In this document: positions 26,696-36,965 of the stretch, piece after piece | Layout of the letters: the number at the start of each line of letters is the position of its first letter | Position numbering within the stretch: position 1 is the stretch's first letter | Origin: Candidatus Omnitrophota bacterium | Lineage (GTDB): Bacteria; Omnitrophota; Gorgyraeia; Gygaellales; Profunditerraquicolaceae | DNA length: 64,000 bases | NCBI GenBank assembly: GCA_028713155.1 | Contig: JAQTPA010000004.1 | Span: 8,305 to 72,304, forward strand | Reading direction: 5' to 3' | Notes under the pieces: model-generated | Told to the model about the DNA's origin: nothing | The model's input: only the letters and a program-made list of their open reading frames with translations | The model's database searches: none | Translations under genes and position numbers: made by a program

Positions 26696-28200
26696 ATATG
26701 GAATATGACGCAATTATAATCGGCGCGGGGGCCGCGGGGTTAACTGCCGCGGTTAAATTGTCCTCCTTGGGCAAGAAGATCCTCCTCTTAGAGAAACAGC
26801 CTGTTCCGGGAGGTTTTGCTACTACCTTTAACCGGAAGGGTTTTATCTTTGAGAGCGCCTGGCATTGTGTTGACGGCCTGCAGGAAGGGGGAGAGCTAAG
26901 GAATTTTCTTGAGGAATACGGCATTATTCAAAAAATAAATTTTATTGAGCTTAAGGATTTTAGCCGGATTATCTATCCGGAGCATGATTTTACCGCCGGA
27001 TTTAACCGCGATAGTTTCGTAAAGTACCTTAAAAAAAGTTTTCCGCAGGAAAGCAGAGGCATCGAAAGGCTCTTTGGCGCCTTTGATAGGTTCTACCGGC
27101 AGCTTGACCGGTACTCTTATTCTAAGATACCCGTATCCTTAAAGATCGCATTGGCCCCGATTCTGTACCCTGAAATTATCCGGGCATCCTTTATTACCGC
27201 CGAGCAGTTTATCGGGAAATTTATCACTGATGCCAAGCTTAAAGGCATCCTTACGGATATCTGGAGTTTTATCGGCCTTGCGCCCGGCAGGCTTTCGGCG
27301 TTTTATTATCTTATTGTCTTCCGGGGGTATTATTATTTGCCGACATCCTATGTCAAGGGAAGCTCCCGCGAACTTTTCAAGGCAATGGCGGAGAAGATCA
27401 GGGAAAATGGTTCGGAGATAAAATTTAATACTCCGGCCGTAAGGATTATTACGGACGATGGTAAAGCGGTTAAGGCCGTAGTTACCGATAAAGAGGAAAT
27501 ATTTAAAGCTAAAGTTGTAATAAGTAATGCCAATCCTATCGATACTTTGGAGAACCTTATTGATAGCCCCGTAACGAGAGGGAGATACCATAAAAATTTA
27601 GCCGGTTTAGAGAAATCAATTTCAGCTTGTCAGGTATATCTGGGATTAAAGAAGCCGGCGAAAGATCTGGGCATGGATCATTTTATGTTTTCCGTAAATA
27701 CTAGCTATAGCCATGAAGAGGATCTTGAGTCTTGCCTGAGCGCGGACTATGATAATTGTTCTTTTTCGCTGGTGGACCATGCTCAGGTGGAACCTGCGTT
27801 AGTGCCTGACGGAAAGGGGAGTCTTATAATTATGGCCATAGACTCTTACACTAATTGGGAAAAGCTTTCTCCGCAAGAATATAAGCTAAAAAAACAGGTG
27901 GTGGCCAAGAGGTTAATCCAGCGGGCTGAAAAGTATTTGCCGGGGCTGGCCGAAGCTATTGAAGCAATGGAAATAGCTACCCCCAAGACTATGGAGCGCT
28001 ATGGTTCTGCGCCTGGGGGCGCGATTTACGGGTTTGCCCAGACTCCGGAACAGTCAACTTTCCGTAGATTCCCTTTAAAAACTGAAGTAAGGGGCTTGTT
28101 TTTAACCGGCGCCTGGACTCAGCCAGGCGCAGGGGTTCATGCCTGTTTTATCTCCGGAATGGATGCCGCAAAATCGGCCTTGAATTCTTTAAGACGATGA
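26692..28200 (+). CDS. FAD-dependent oxidoreductase, phytoene-desaturase (CrtI)/amine-oxidase superfamily
   Basis: N-terminal 'YDAIIIGAGAAGLTAA' dinucleotide-binding motif. Its ~500-aa length and C-terminal FAD motif region are typical of COG1233. Confidence 0.7.
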   Translation: MNMEYDAIIIGAGAAGLTAAVKLSSLGKKILLLEKQPVPGGFATTFNRKGFIFESAWHCVDGLQEGGELRNFLEEYGIIQKINFIELKDFSRIIYPEHDFTAGFNRDSFVKYLKKSFPQESRGIERLFGAFDRFYRQLDRYSYSKIPVSLKIALAPILYPEIIRASFITAEQFIGKFITDAKLKGILTDIWSFIGLAPGRLSAFYYLIVFRGYYYLPTSYVKGSSRELFKAMAEKIRENGSEIKFNTPAVRIITDDGKAVKAVVTDKEEIFKAKVVISNANPIDTLENLIDSPVTRGRYHKNLAGLEKSISACQVYLGLKKPAKDLGMDHFMFSVNTSYSHEEDLESCLSADYDNCSFSLVDHAQVEPALVPDGKGSLIIMAIDSYTNWEKLSPQEYKLKKQVVAKRLIQRAEKYLPGLAEAIEAMEIATPKTMERYGSAPGGAIYGFAQTPEQSTFRRFPLKTEVRGLFLTGAWTQPGAGVHACFISGMDAAKSALNSLRR

Positions 28201-28838
28201 AAGTAACTACCGGTAAATTTAAGGGCAGAAATATCCGTATACCTAAAGGCATACGGCCAACCCAGGGTAAGGCCAGGAAGGCGGTTTTTGATATCCTTGG
28301 TGATATAGAGGGTTTGTCTTTCCTGGAGTTATTTGCCGGTTCCGGCGCGGTAGGTATAGAGGCAGCTTCGCGAGGCGCCGCAGAGGTGGTTTTTGTAGAG
28401 AATAACCCTAATGTTCTCAGGGTGTTATCTTCCAATACTTCAGGTATATTAGATACTAAATACCTGCCTGACGGCAGGCAGGCTGCATACTATATTTTAT
28501 CGCAAAGTGTGGAGAGCGCACTGGCGCGCCTGGGCCGGGAGAAGAGAAAATTTGATCTTATCTTCCTGGATCCTCCGTATTATATCCCTAAGGTCCCTCG
28601 TTCCGAGACTCAGGTAGCAGGGCACTCGGGATCAACGGCAGCCGGAAATAGCGAGCCGTTGGTAAAAAAAACCTTGCAAACTCTTGAGGGTTATGATATA
28701 TTATCGCCCAATGGCTTGATAATTGCGCAGCATTTTAAGAAAGAAAATCTCCCAGATTCCCTGGGAGTTTTAAGTTTATTCAGACAGTATCGATATTCGC
28801 ACACCCTGCTTTCCTTATACAAAAGGAAGGAGCTTTAA
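28197..28838 (+). CDS. rsmD: 16S rRNA (guanine966-N2)-methyltransferase
   Basis: N-terminal 'VTTGKFKGRNIRIPKGIRPTQGKARKAVFDIL' and SAM-binding 'LELFAGSGAVGIEAASRGA'. Confidence 0.75.
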   Translation: MKVTTGKFKGRNIRIPKGIRPTQGKARKAVFDILGDIEGLSFLELFAGSGAVGIEAASRGAAEVVFVENNPNVLRVLSSNTSGILDTKYLPDGRQAAYYILSQSVESALARLGREKRKFDLIFLDPPYYIPKVPRSETQVAGHSGSTAAGNSEPLVKKTLQTLEGYDILSPNGLIIAQHFKKENLPDSLGVLSLFRQYRYSHTLLSLYKRKEL

Positions 28839-28841
28839 TTT

Positions 28842-29330
28842 ATGTGCCAGGCAGCAATATATCCGGGGACTTTTGATCCGGTAACCTACGGTCATATTGA
28901 CCTGATTAAAAGAGCGCAGGCGATTTTTTCTGAAGTGATTGTAGCGGTAGCCTGTAACCCGCAAAAAAAGCCGCTTTTTCCGGTTAAGGAGAGGGTAGCG
29001 ATGCTTAAAAAGGCTACTGTTGATTTAAGAGGGGTTGAAGTCGTTGATTTTGACGGCTTGGTAGTGGATTACGCGCATAAGCGAAAAGCACAGGTCCTGA
29101 TCAGGGGCCTGCGGATGATTTCGGATTTTGAATACGAATTTCAGATGGCCCTGACTAACCGCAAACTTTCACCCGACGTAGAGACCATTTTTCTTATGCC
29201 GCATGAATCGTATAGCTATCTTTCTTCCAGGCTTTTAAAGGAAGCAGCCTCTTTAGGGGCGGATTTATCCAGCTTTGTCCCGGATTTTGTGGAAAAAGCG
29301 CTTAAGGTAAAGTTGCGCGGCAAGCGGTGA
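28842..29330 (+). CDS. coaD: phosphopantetheine adenylyltransferase
   Basis: 'YPGTFDPVTYGHIDLI' HxGH nucleotidyltransferase motif. Confidence 0.9.
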   Translation: MCQAAIYPGTFDPVTYGHIDLIKRAQAIFSEVIVAVACNPQKKPLFPVKERVAMLKKATVDLRGVEVVDFDGLVVDYAHKRKAQVLIRGLRMISDFEYEFQMALTNRKLSPDVETIFLMPHESYSYLSSRLLKEAASLGADLSSFVPDFVEKALKVKLRGKR

Positions 29331-29740
29331 AAATAGATACCAGACAGATACCTGCTCTAGGGGTAATTCTCAGCGAAGAATTTAGCCCTGCGGAATTAGA
29401 TTTGGATACCGAGACCATCAAATTTTGCGGTCCAATCCGGGCAAAGGCAGTCATCTCTAAGAGCTATAATGCAATCGGCGTGAGTTTAAGCTTAAATGCG
29501 CCGATGCTCGCCAGTTGCAGCCGTTGCCTGCAGGAGTTTAATGCCAGCTTTAACCGGCAGATAGAGTTACATTATGCTGCAGATAAGCTGGAACCTATAA
29601 TTGACCTGGATCCGGATATCCGGGAAGAGATAATTTTGAGTTATCCGATAAATCCTTTATGTAATGACGCTTGTAAAGGTTTATGCCCGAAATGCGGGTG
29701 TAATTTAAACGAAGGAGGTTGTCACTGTGGCTCTACCTAA
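29327..29740 (+). CDS. yceD: YceD/DUF177 family protein (23S rRNA accumulation protein)
   Basis: Cys-rich C-terminus. Its conserved position immediately upstream of rpmF-plsX also supports the call. Confidence 0.7.
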   Translation: MKIDTRQIPALGVILSEEFSPAELDLDTETIKFCGPIRAKAVISKSYNAIGVSLSLNAPMLASCSRCLQEFNASFNRQIELHYAADKLEPIIDLDPDIREEIILSYPINPLCNDACKGLCPKCGCNLNEGGCHCGST

Positions 29741-29927
29741 AACAAGGCATTCAAAAACGCGCGGCCGCAAGCGGCGCACGCATTGGAAAATCAAGGCCGA
29801 GAGCTTAAGCCCTTGCCCGCAATGCAAACAGCCAAAGCTTATCCATCGGGTTTGCCCTATCTGCGGTTATTATAAGGGCAAGCAGGTTATCGAGATTAAA
29901 GTAAAAGAGAAAAAGAAAAGGAAATAG
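29727..29927 (+). CDS. rpmF: 50S ribosomal protein L32
   Basis: 'MALPKTRHSKTRGRKRRTHWK' and a CxxC...CxxC zinc ribbon. Confidence 0.85.
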   Translation: MALPKTRHSKTRGRKRRTHWKIKAESLSPCPQCKQPKLIHRVCPICGYYKGKQVIEIKVKEKKKRK

Positions 29928-29934
29928 CTAAGCG

Positions 29935-30978
29935 ATGAAGATAGTCGTTGATGCCATGGGCGGGGATTACGCGCCCGATGTAGTCATCCAGGGGACATTA
30001 GCTGCGGTTAAGGAATACGGCGCAGATGTAATTTTAGTCGGGGACGAGGCGAAAATAAATCCTCTGCTTAAAAAAACCAAGTATTCCGGCCCCCAAATCA
30101 GCGTAGTGCATGCGCCGGAGACAATCGGGATGTGCGAGTCTGCCGCTCTCAGCGTGCGCAGGAAAAGGAAATCTTCCATTGTTATCGGCGTGAACCTGGT
30201 GAAGGAAGGTAAGGCTGGCGCGTTCTTTAGCGCCGGAAACACCGGCGCAGTCGTTTGCGCGGCGACTTTGGGTTTAGGTCTTATTCCCGGAGTTGAGCGG
30301 CCGGGCATAGCGATCATAACTCCTACCTTAAAAGGAAGCTCTCTGATTATTGACGTTGGCGCTAATATTGATCCGAAGCCGACCCAGCTTTTGCAATACG
30401 CGATTATGGCTGATGTTTACAGCCGGACCATCTTGAATAAGACCGATCCTTCCATAGGATTATTGAATATCGGCGAAGAAGAGGCTAAGGGCACTGAATT
30501 TATGCGCGAGACGCATGAATTGCTTCAGACGAGCAATCTTAATTTTATCGGTAATGTCGAAGGAAAGGATTTTTTCTCCGGCAAGGCCGATATTATTGTC
30601 TGCGACGGGTTTGTAGGCAATGTCGCGCTGAAGGTTTCGGAAAGCGCGGTTGCCGTGATGCAGGTATTTTTAAAGAGGCATTTATTAAGCAATCCTTTGG
30701 GTAAATTAGGATTGCTTTTTCTTTTACCGAGTTTAAAGCGTTTTAAAAAAGAGCTGAATTATGCCGAATACGGCGGCGCTCCCTTGCTGGGGGTTAACGG
30801 CGTAACGATAATCGGCCATGGCCGTTCTAATGTCAAGGCGATAAAGAATGCCATCAGGGTAGCCAAGGAAGAGATTGAGCGCAAGTTTAATGAGAAGATA
30901 ATCGAGGCCATCGGTAAGAGACGGTCCTTGCCTGAACGCCAGCCAGACCCTTCGGAAACAACCCCAATTAAGGAGTAA
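29935..30978 (+). CDS. plsX: phosphate acyltransferase PlsX
   Basis: 'KIVVDAMGGDYAP' at the N-terminus and 'GFVGNVALK'. Confidence 0.9.
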   Translation: MKIVVDAMGGDYAPDVVIQGTLAAVKEYGADVILVGDEAKINPLLKKTKYSGPQISVVHAPETIGMCESAALSVRRKRKSSIVIGVNLVKEGKAGAFFSAGNTGAVVCAATLGLGLIPGVERPGIAIITPTLKGSSLIIDVGANIDPKPTQLLQYAIMADVYSRTILNKTDPSIGLLNIGEEEAKGTEFMRETHELLQTSNLNFIGNVEGKDFFSGKADIIVCDGFVGNVALKVSESAVAVMQVFLKRHLLSNPLGKLGLLFLLPSLKRFKKELNYAEYGGAPLLGVNGVTIIGHGRSNVKAIKNAIRVAKEEIERKFNEKIIEAIGKRRSLPERQPDPSETTPIKE

Positions 30979-30979
30979 T

Positions 30980-31957
30980 ATGCGTAAAGTGGGTATAACC
31001 GGTGTAGGAGAGTATCTGCCGCCAAGAGTCCTGACCAACGCGGACTTAGAAAAAATGGTGGATACCTCGGATGAATGGATTACCACCCGAACCGGCATAA
31101 AAGAACGCCGGATTGCTTGCGCTAACGAGGCTACTTCGGATTTAGCGCTTAAGGCAGCTAAAGAGGCATTGGCCGATGCGCGTTTAAATCCTGAAGAACT
31201 GGATTTGATCATTGTCGCTACCATTACTCCCGATATGCAGTTTCCTTCGGTTGCTTCCATCGTCCAGAATGCCCTTCGCGCTAAAACTGCCGTTGCTTTT
31301 GATGTATCCGCTGCCTGTGCGGGGTTTATTTACGCTTTATCCATTGCCCAGCAATTTATCAGCCTGGGTACCTATAGGAATGCGCTGGTCATCGGCGCGG
31401 AAAAACTTTCTTCGGTTACGGACTGGCAAGACCGCAATACCTGTGTATTATTCGGAGACGGCGCCGGCGCCTGCGTTTTGAAAGAAGTTAAAACCGGAGG
31501 CATAATTTCTACTTACCTTGGGTGCGACGGCTCAAATATGGAATTATTAAATCTTCCTGCCGGAGGGAGCCGCCTGCCGGCATCTCAGGTGACAGTTGAG
31601 GCCAGGCAGCATTTCCTGAAAATGCAGGGGAATGAATTATTTAAAATTGCTGTCAGGACCATGACTGAGGCCGCCGAGAAGGTTTTAAAACAGGCGGGTA
31701 TGGATTTTTCCGATGTGGACATGATCATCCCGCACCAGGCGAATGCGCGGATTATTATGGCGGTCGGTAAGAGATTGGGGTTAAGCGGAGATAAAATCTT
31801 CCTTAATATAGAAAAATACGGGAATATGTCCAGTGCCTCTACGGCTACGGCTTTAGTTGAGGCAGTCAAAGAAGGCAGGGTTAAAAAAGGCGACATCGTT
31901 CTTTTAGATTCTTTTGGCGCGGGGCTGGTCTGGGGAGCCTGCGTTATCGAATGGTAG
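30980..31957 (+). CDS. fabH: 3-oxoacyl-ACP synthase III
   Basis: Active-site 'AACAGF', 'HQAN' and 'GNMSSAS' motifs. Confidence 0.9.
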   Translation: MRKVGITGVGEYLPPRVLTNADLEKMVDTSDEWITTRTGIKERRIACANEATSDLALKAAKEALADARLNPEELDLIIVATITPDMQFPSVASIVQNALRAKTAVAFDVSAACAGFIYALSIAQQFISLGTYRNALVIGAEKLSSVTDWQDRNTCVLFGDGAGACVLKEVKTGGIISTYLGCDGSNMELLNLPAGGSRLPASQVTVEARQHFLKMQGNELFKIAVRTMTEAAEKVLKQAGMDFSDVDMIIPHQANARIIMAVGKRLGLSGDKIFLNIEKYGNMSSASTATALVEAVKEGRVKKGDIVLLDSFGAGLVWGACVIEW

Positions 31958-32850
31958 CTTATCTTTTCAGCGGCCAGGGCAGCCAATATGTGGGGATGGG
32001 AAAGGACTTGTATGAAAGTTTTCCCGAAGCCCGGGCCATATTCGACAGGGCGCAAGGGTTGTTAGGTTTTGACCTTAAGAAAATCTGTTTTGAGGGCCCT
32101 GAAGAGCAGCTGAAGGTAACCAAAATATCCCAGCCTGCGATTGTCACGCTGAGTATTGCTGCGTATGAAGCTTTTAAAGCTAAAAGCAAAGCTACTCCCG
32201 GCTATATGGCGGGTTTAAGCCTGGGAGAATACAGTGCTTTGATCGCTTCAGGAGCACTTACCTTTGAAGACGGCATCCGCTTGATCAAGAGAAGAGGCGA
32301 GTTAATGGACGACGCAGCTAAAAAATATCCCGGAGGGATGGCTGCTATCCTGGATTTAACCGTGGATAAGATCAAAGAGATTTGCGCATCCAGCGGTGCT
32401 GAAATAGCTAACTTAAATTGTCCGGGCCAGGTGGTTGTTTCGGGTTCAAGCCTAGCCATAAATAAAGTTATACCTTTATGCGTTGAAGCAGGAGCAAAAC
32501 GGGTAATTCCGCTGGAAGTCAGCGGAGCTTTCCATTCTTCGCTTATGGCTCAAGCCGCGCAAGGCCTTAGGGAAGCGTTGGATAAAACTAATATTAGCGC
32601 GCCTTTTGTGCCAATTATCAGTAATTATACGGCTTTGCCCCAGGATAAACCCGAGCAAATCAAAGAAAACCTCATCCAACAGATGCGTTCTTCGGTAAGA
32701 TGGGAAGATTCAATGAAATTCCTGTTATCTAAAGGCGCCGGGAATTTCATTGAATTCGGCCCGGGTAAAGTCCTGAAAGGCCTGATGCGTAAGATCGATC
32801 CTGTTGCTCAGGTTATTAATATAGAGAAAAAAGCGGATATAGGGGGATAA
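31951..32850 (+). CDS. fabD: malonyl-CoA:ACP transacylase
   Basis: '[10 protein letters not shown]' and active-site '[10 protein letters not shown]'. Confidence 0.9.
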   Translation: MVAYLFSGQGSQYVGMGKDLYESFPEARAIFDRAQGLLGFDLKKICFEGPEEQLKVTKISQPAIVTLSIAAYEAFKAKSKATPGYMAGLSLGEYSALIASGALTFEDGIRLIKRRGELMDDAAKKYPGGMAAILDLTVDKIKEICASSGAEIANLNCPGQVVVSGSSLAINKVIPLCVEAGAKRVIPLEVSGAFHSSLMAQAAQGLREALDKTNISAPFVPIISNYTALPQDKPEQIKENLIQQMRSSVRWEDSMKFLLSKGAGNFIEFGPGKVLKGLMRKIDPVAQVINIEKKADIGG

Positions 32851-32851
32851 T

Positions 32852-33595
32852 ATGAAATTGAAAGATAAGGTTGCTTTGATTACCGGCGGCGCCCGGGGTA
32901 TAGGCCAGGCTATTGCGATGACCTTTGCCAGGGAAGGCGCGGATATCGTAGTAGCTGACGTAAACCTGGAAGTAGCCCAAAAAACAGCTTCTGAGATAGA
33001 GGCTTTAGGCAGGCAGGCGTTGGCTTTGGAGATGGATGTTACGGATTATGCCAAAGTAGAGCCCGGAGTGAACAAAATTCTTGACAAATTCGGAAAGGTT
33101 GATATATTAGTTAACAACGCTGGGATTACCAAGGACAATCTTATCTTAAGAATGTCCCAGGGAGAGTGGGATGCGGTGATAAACGTGAACCTTAAAGGCA
33201 CGTTTAACTGCATTAAGGCAGTCTCCCGGCCGATGATAAAACAGAGAAGCGGTAAGATTGTAAGTATTGCTTCTATTATCGGTTTAATGGGTAACGCGGG
33301 GCAGGCAAATTATGCCGCCTCTAAAGCCGGAATAATTGCTCTTACAAAGACCGTAGCTAAAGAATTGGCAAGCCGCAATATTAATGCCAATGCAGTAGCT
33401 CCCGGATTCATCCAAACCGAAATGACCGCCAAGCTTTCCGAAGAGGTAAAAGCTAAAATGCTGGAAGCTATACCCTTGGCTAAATTAGGTACGCCCCAGG
33501 ATGTGGCAAATGTTTGTTTATTCCTGGTTAGCGAAGAAGCAAATTATATCACCGGGCAGGTAATTACTGTTGATGGCGGCATGGTTATGGCGTAA
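32852..33595 (+). CDS. fabG: 3-oxoacyl-ACP reductase (housekeeping)
   Basis: '[11 protein letters not shown]', 'NNAGI' and 'YAASKAG'. Confidence 0.9.
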   Translation: MKLKDKVALITGGARGIGQAIAMTFAREGADIVVADVNLEVAQKTASEIEALGRQALALEMDVTDYAKVEPGVNKILDKFGKVDILVNNAGITKDNLILRMSQGEWDAVINVNLKGTFNCIKAVSRPMIKQRSGKIVSIASIIGLMGNAGQANYAASKAGIIALTKTVAKELASRNINANAVAPGFIQTEMTAKLSEEVKAKMLEAIPLAKLGTPQDVANVCLFLVSEEANYITGQVITVDGGMVMA

Positions 33596-33620
33596 GTATT
33601 CTAACAAGGAGGAAAAAAGA

Positions 33621-33863
33621 ATGGCAGTTCAAGAGAAAGTTAAATCTATAATAGCAGAACAATTAGGGGTAAAGCCCGAAGAAGTTACTCCCGAGGCATC
33701 CTTTGTCGATGACTTGGGTGCGGATTCTTTGGATACCGTAGAGTTGGTTATGGCCTTAGAAGAGGAATTCGGCATTGAAATACCCGATGAAGATGCTGAA
33801 AAGATAGCTACTGTCGGTGATGCTGTTAAGTATATTGAAACTAAAAGCGCTAACAAACAATAA
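33621..33863 (+). CDS. acpP: acyl carrier protein (housekeeping)
   Basis: Start at ATG 33621 behind RBS aggagg. '[26 protein letters not shown]'. Confidence 0.9.
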   Translation: MAVQEKVKSIIAEQLGVKPEEVTPEASFVDDLGADSLDTVELVMALEEEFGIEIPDEDAEKIATVGDAVKYIETKSANKQ

Positions 33864-33888
33864 TTTATATAGATAGTGTAATAAACTA

Positions 33889-33920
33889 CCCCGCTATTTT
33901 TGTTTAGCGGGGTAAGTTTT
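33889..33920 (+). terminator. rho-independent terminator/attenuator after acpP
   Basis: ccccgc tatttttgttta gcgggg followed by taagtttt. Confidence 0.55.
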
Positions 33921-33939
33921 AGTTACCTCTTATGGACAT

Positions 33940-35187
33940 ATGCGTAAAAACAGAGTAGTAATTACGGGCTTAGGGGTGATTTCTCCGGTGGGTAACGACA
34001 TCCCTGCCTTTTGGAAGTCTTTAAAGGAAGGCAAGAGTGGAGTGGGCCCGATAACCAGCTTTGATGCGGCCAGCTTTGATTCGCGTATTGCCGGGGAAGT
34101 CAAAGATTTTGACCCTAAATCCTACGGAATAGATTTTAAGGATATTAAACGCACGGATAAATTCGTGCAATATGCCATTGCTTCAGCCAGGCAGGCTATA
34201 GATTCTTCGGGTTTGGATTTGGAGAAGGAGAACAAGGAAAGAATCGGCGTATTGATCGGCTCCGGAATAGGCAGCTTATATACCATAGAGAAGGAGCATA
34301 GTATTTTTCTGAATAAGGGTCCTTCGCGCCTTTCTCCTTTTCTAATCCCTATGCTCATCGTCAATGAAGCCAGCGGCTATGTAGGCATTATTTTTGGCCT
34401 AAAGGGCCCTAATTCTTGTGTGGCTACTGCCTGCGCTTCAGGAACGCACGCTATCGGAGATGCCTGCAGGATTATCGAGCGCGGGGATGCGGATATAATG
34501 ATTTCCGGCGGAACCGAAAGCTGCATTGTGGCTACGGCAGTGGGCGGATTCTGCGCCTTAAAGGCGCTTTCCAGGATGAATAATGCACCGCAGAAGGCTT
34601 CGCGGCCCTTTGATCAAGAGCGCGACGGGTTCGTTATAGCCGAGGGGTGCGGTATAGTGGTATTAGAGAACTTAGAACATGCCAAAAAACGTAACGCTGA
34701 TATTATTGCCGAAGTCGTCGGTTTTGGCATGACTTGCGACGCCTATCATATAACCGCGCCGGACCCTGACGGAGAAGGAGCAGGCCGGGCAATGAAGGTA
34801 GCTTTAGGTGATGCCAAAATTAATCCTGAAGATGTGGATTATATTAATGCGCACGGCACCTCCACCAAGCTTAATGATAAGATTGAAACACTCTCCATGA
34901 AAACTGCCTTTGGCAGCCACGCTAAAAAAGTTATGGTATCTTCAACTAAATCCATGACCGGCCATGCCCTGGGAGCTGCCGGCGGAATAGAATTTGTGGT
35001 CTGCTGCCTGACTATAAAAGAGGGCGTAGTGCATCCCACGATAAACTACGCACATCCTGACCCCGAATGCGACCTGGATTATGTTCCCAATGTCGCCCGC
35101 AAAGCAGATGTCCGGGTATGTATGTCCAATTCTTTGGGTTTTGGCGGACATAACGCTTCCCTGATCGTTAAGAAATTCACAGGCTAA
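33940..35187 (+). CDS. fabF: 3-oxoacyl-ACP synthase II
   Basis: Catalytic Cys 'ATACASG', 'NAHGTST' and 'GHALGAAG'. Confidence 0.9.
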   Translation: MRKNRVVITGLGVISPVGNDIPAFWKSLKEGKSGVGPITSFDAASFDSRIAGEVKDFDPKSYGIDFKDIKRTDKFVQYAIASARQAIDSSGLDLEKENKERIGVLIGSGIGSLYTIEKEHSIFLNKGPSRLSPFLIPMLIVNEASGYVGIIFGLKGPNSCVATACASGTHAIGDACRIIERGDADIMISGGTESCIVATAVGGFCALKALSRMNNAPQKASRPFDQERDGFVIAEGCGIVVLENLEHAKKRNADIIAEVVGFGMTCDAYHITAPDPDGEGAGRAMKVALGDAKINPEDVDYINAHGTSTKLNDKIETLSMKTAFGSHAKKVMVSSTKSMTGHALGAAGGIEFVVCCLTIKEGVVHPTINYAHPDPECDLDYVPNVARKADVRVCMSNSLGFGGHNASLIVKKFTG

Positions 35188-35209
35188 TCATCTTTTAGAA
35201 AGCTTAAAA

Positions 35210-36466
35210 ATGGGTTATACTATCGCAGAAAAAATATTATTGGCGCATACCGGTAAGCAAGATATCCGGCCGGGCGAATTTATTGAGGCTAGAGTTGATA
35301 TTGCCCTGGGTAACGATATCACCGCACCCTTCGCTATCGAAGAGTTTAAAAAATACGGGTTTAAAAAAGTATTTGATAGGAACAGGATCGTCCTTGTCCC
35401 GGATCATTTTGCTCCGGCCAAAGACCTGAGGAGCGCTAACCAGTGCAAGATCTTAAGCAATTTTGCCGCCGAGCAGAAGATAAAAAATTATTTTGAAGTA
35501 GGCTGCATGGGCATAGAACATGCACTCTTGCCGGAACTGGGTTTGGTCTTGCCGGGTGAACTGGTCATCGGCGCCGATTCGCATACCTGCACCTACGGCG
35601 CGTTAGGCGCGTATTCAACAGGGGTAGGCTCTACGGACCTGGCCCGTGCCTTTATTGACGGGAAAGCCTGGCTTAAAGTGCCGGGCTCAGTGAAGTTTGT
35701 TTTTAACGGAAGGCTTAATAAATGGGTAGGCGGCAAAGACCTTATTCTTTATACGATCGGCCAGATCGGAGTGGACGGAGCCTTGTATAAAGCTATGGAG
35801 TTTTGCGGCCCGGTCATCCGTAAATTAAGCATGGATGGCCGGTTCTCCATGAGCAATATGGCTATTGAATCCGGAGCAAGAGCAGGCTTGATCGAGCCGG
35901 ACGCTATTACAGAAGAATATATCTCTAAATTTAAACGTAAATCTAAATTCTATAAATCCGATAGCTCTGCCCAATACGATAAAATTTACGAATGGGATGT
36001 AACGAATTTAGAGCCGCAGGTTGCCTGCCCGCATTTACCGAGTAATGTTCGGCCGGTCAGCGCTTTAAAGGATATTAAGCTGGACCAGATAGTCATCGGC
36101 TCATGCACCAACGGGAGGATCTCGGATCTCAGGATAAGCGCTAAGCTGCTTAAGGGGAAGAAGATTAAATACGGCCTGAAATTAATCGTTATTCCGGCTA
36201 CCCAGAAGATCTATCTGGAAGCCGTGAAAGAAGGCCTGGCTGAAATATTTATTAAAGCAGGCGGGATATTTTCTACTCCTACCTGCGGTCCCTGTTTAGG
36301 CGGGCATATGGGTATTTTAGCCGAAGGCGAGGTTGCCCTGGCTACCACCAACAGGAATTTTATCGGAAGGATGGGGAGTGTAAAGAGCTTTGTTTATTTG
36401 TCCAATCCCGCGGTGGCCGCTGCTTCGGCGGTTACAGGCAGGATTACGCATCCTGAGGAATTATAA
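35210..36466 (+). CDS. leuC: 3-isopropylmalate dehydratase large subunit (aconitase family)
   Basis: '[10 protein letters not shown]' N-terminus and Fe-S Cys ligands 'GSCTNGR' and 'TPTCGPCLG'. Confidence 0.85.
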   Translation: MGYTIAEKILLAHTGKQDIRPGEFIEARVDIALGNDITAPFAIEEFKKYGFKKVFDRNRIVLVPDHFAPAKDLRSANQCKILSNFAAEQKIKNYFEVGCMGIEHALLPELGLVLPGELVIGADSHTCTYGALGAYSTGVGSTDLARAFIDGKAWLKVPGSVKFVFNGRLNKWVGGKDLILYTIGQIGVDGALYKAMEFCGPVIRKLSMDGRFSMSNMAIESGARAGLIEPDAITEEYISKFKRKSKFYKSDSSAQYDKIYEWDVTNLEPQVACPHLPSNVRPVSALKDIKLDQIVIGSCTNGRISDLRISAKLLKGKKIKYGLKLIVIPATQKIYLEAVKEGLAEIFIKAGGIFSTPTCGPCLGGHMGILAEGEVALATTNRNFIGRMGSVKSFVYLSNPAVAAASAVTGRITHPEEL

Positions 36467-36467
36467 G

Positions 36468-36965
36468 ATGATTATAAAAGGCAAGGTCCATAAGTTTGGA
36501 GACGATATAAATACCGACGATATTATTGCGGCCAAATACCTGATTTCTACCGACCCCAAGGAATTGGGCTCGCATTGTATGGAGTCAATCGCCCCGGATT
36601 TTGTTAAACAGGTTTCTCCGGGAGATATAATCGTAGCCGGAAATAATTTCGGATGCGGTTCAAGCCGCGAACATGCGCCGGTAGCGATCAAGGGAAGCGG
36701 GATCTCGGCGGTTATTGCCAAAAGCTTTGCGGCGATATTTTTCAGGAACGCTATAAATATAGGCTTACCTTTTTTAGAGTCGCCGGACGTAGAAAATATA
36801 AAAGAAGGGGATTTGGTTGAAATAGACCTGGCCAGTGGTATAATAAAAAATCTAACCCAGAACATTCCTTATAAAACTCAAGGGTTCCCTGAATTTTTGC
36901 AGGATTTGATAGAAAAGGGCGGCCTGATGAATTATATAAAGGAAAAGGAAAATAAAAATGCATAA
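36468..36965 (+). CDS. leuD: 3-isopropylmalate dehydratase small subunit
   Basis: Start at ATG 36468, 2 nt after the leuC stop. '[16 protein letters not shown]' and '[14 protein letters not shown]'. Confidence 0.85.
   Translation: MIIKGKVHKFGDDINTDDIIAAKYLISTDPKELGSHCMESIAPDFVKQVSPGDIIVAGNNFGCGSSREHAPVAIKGSGISAVIAKSFAAIFFRNAINIGLPFLESPDVENIKEGDLVEIDLASGIIKNLTQNIPYKTQGFPEFLQDLIEKGGLMNYIKEKENKNA

Noticed and set aside
33570-33620. N-terminal extensions proposed by the ORF track for acpP (33570), leuD (36390), argC (42338), dapA (52125), folK (57540), dusB (9788), oprM-like (15490) and the hydrolase (25829).
   Set aside because: These use alternative TTG/GTG codons or upstream Mets that overlap the preceding gene or a promoter. 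The internal ATG in each case has an RBS and gives the conserved N-terminus, so the shorter starts were used.
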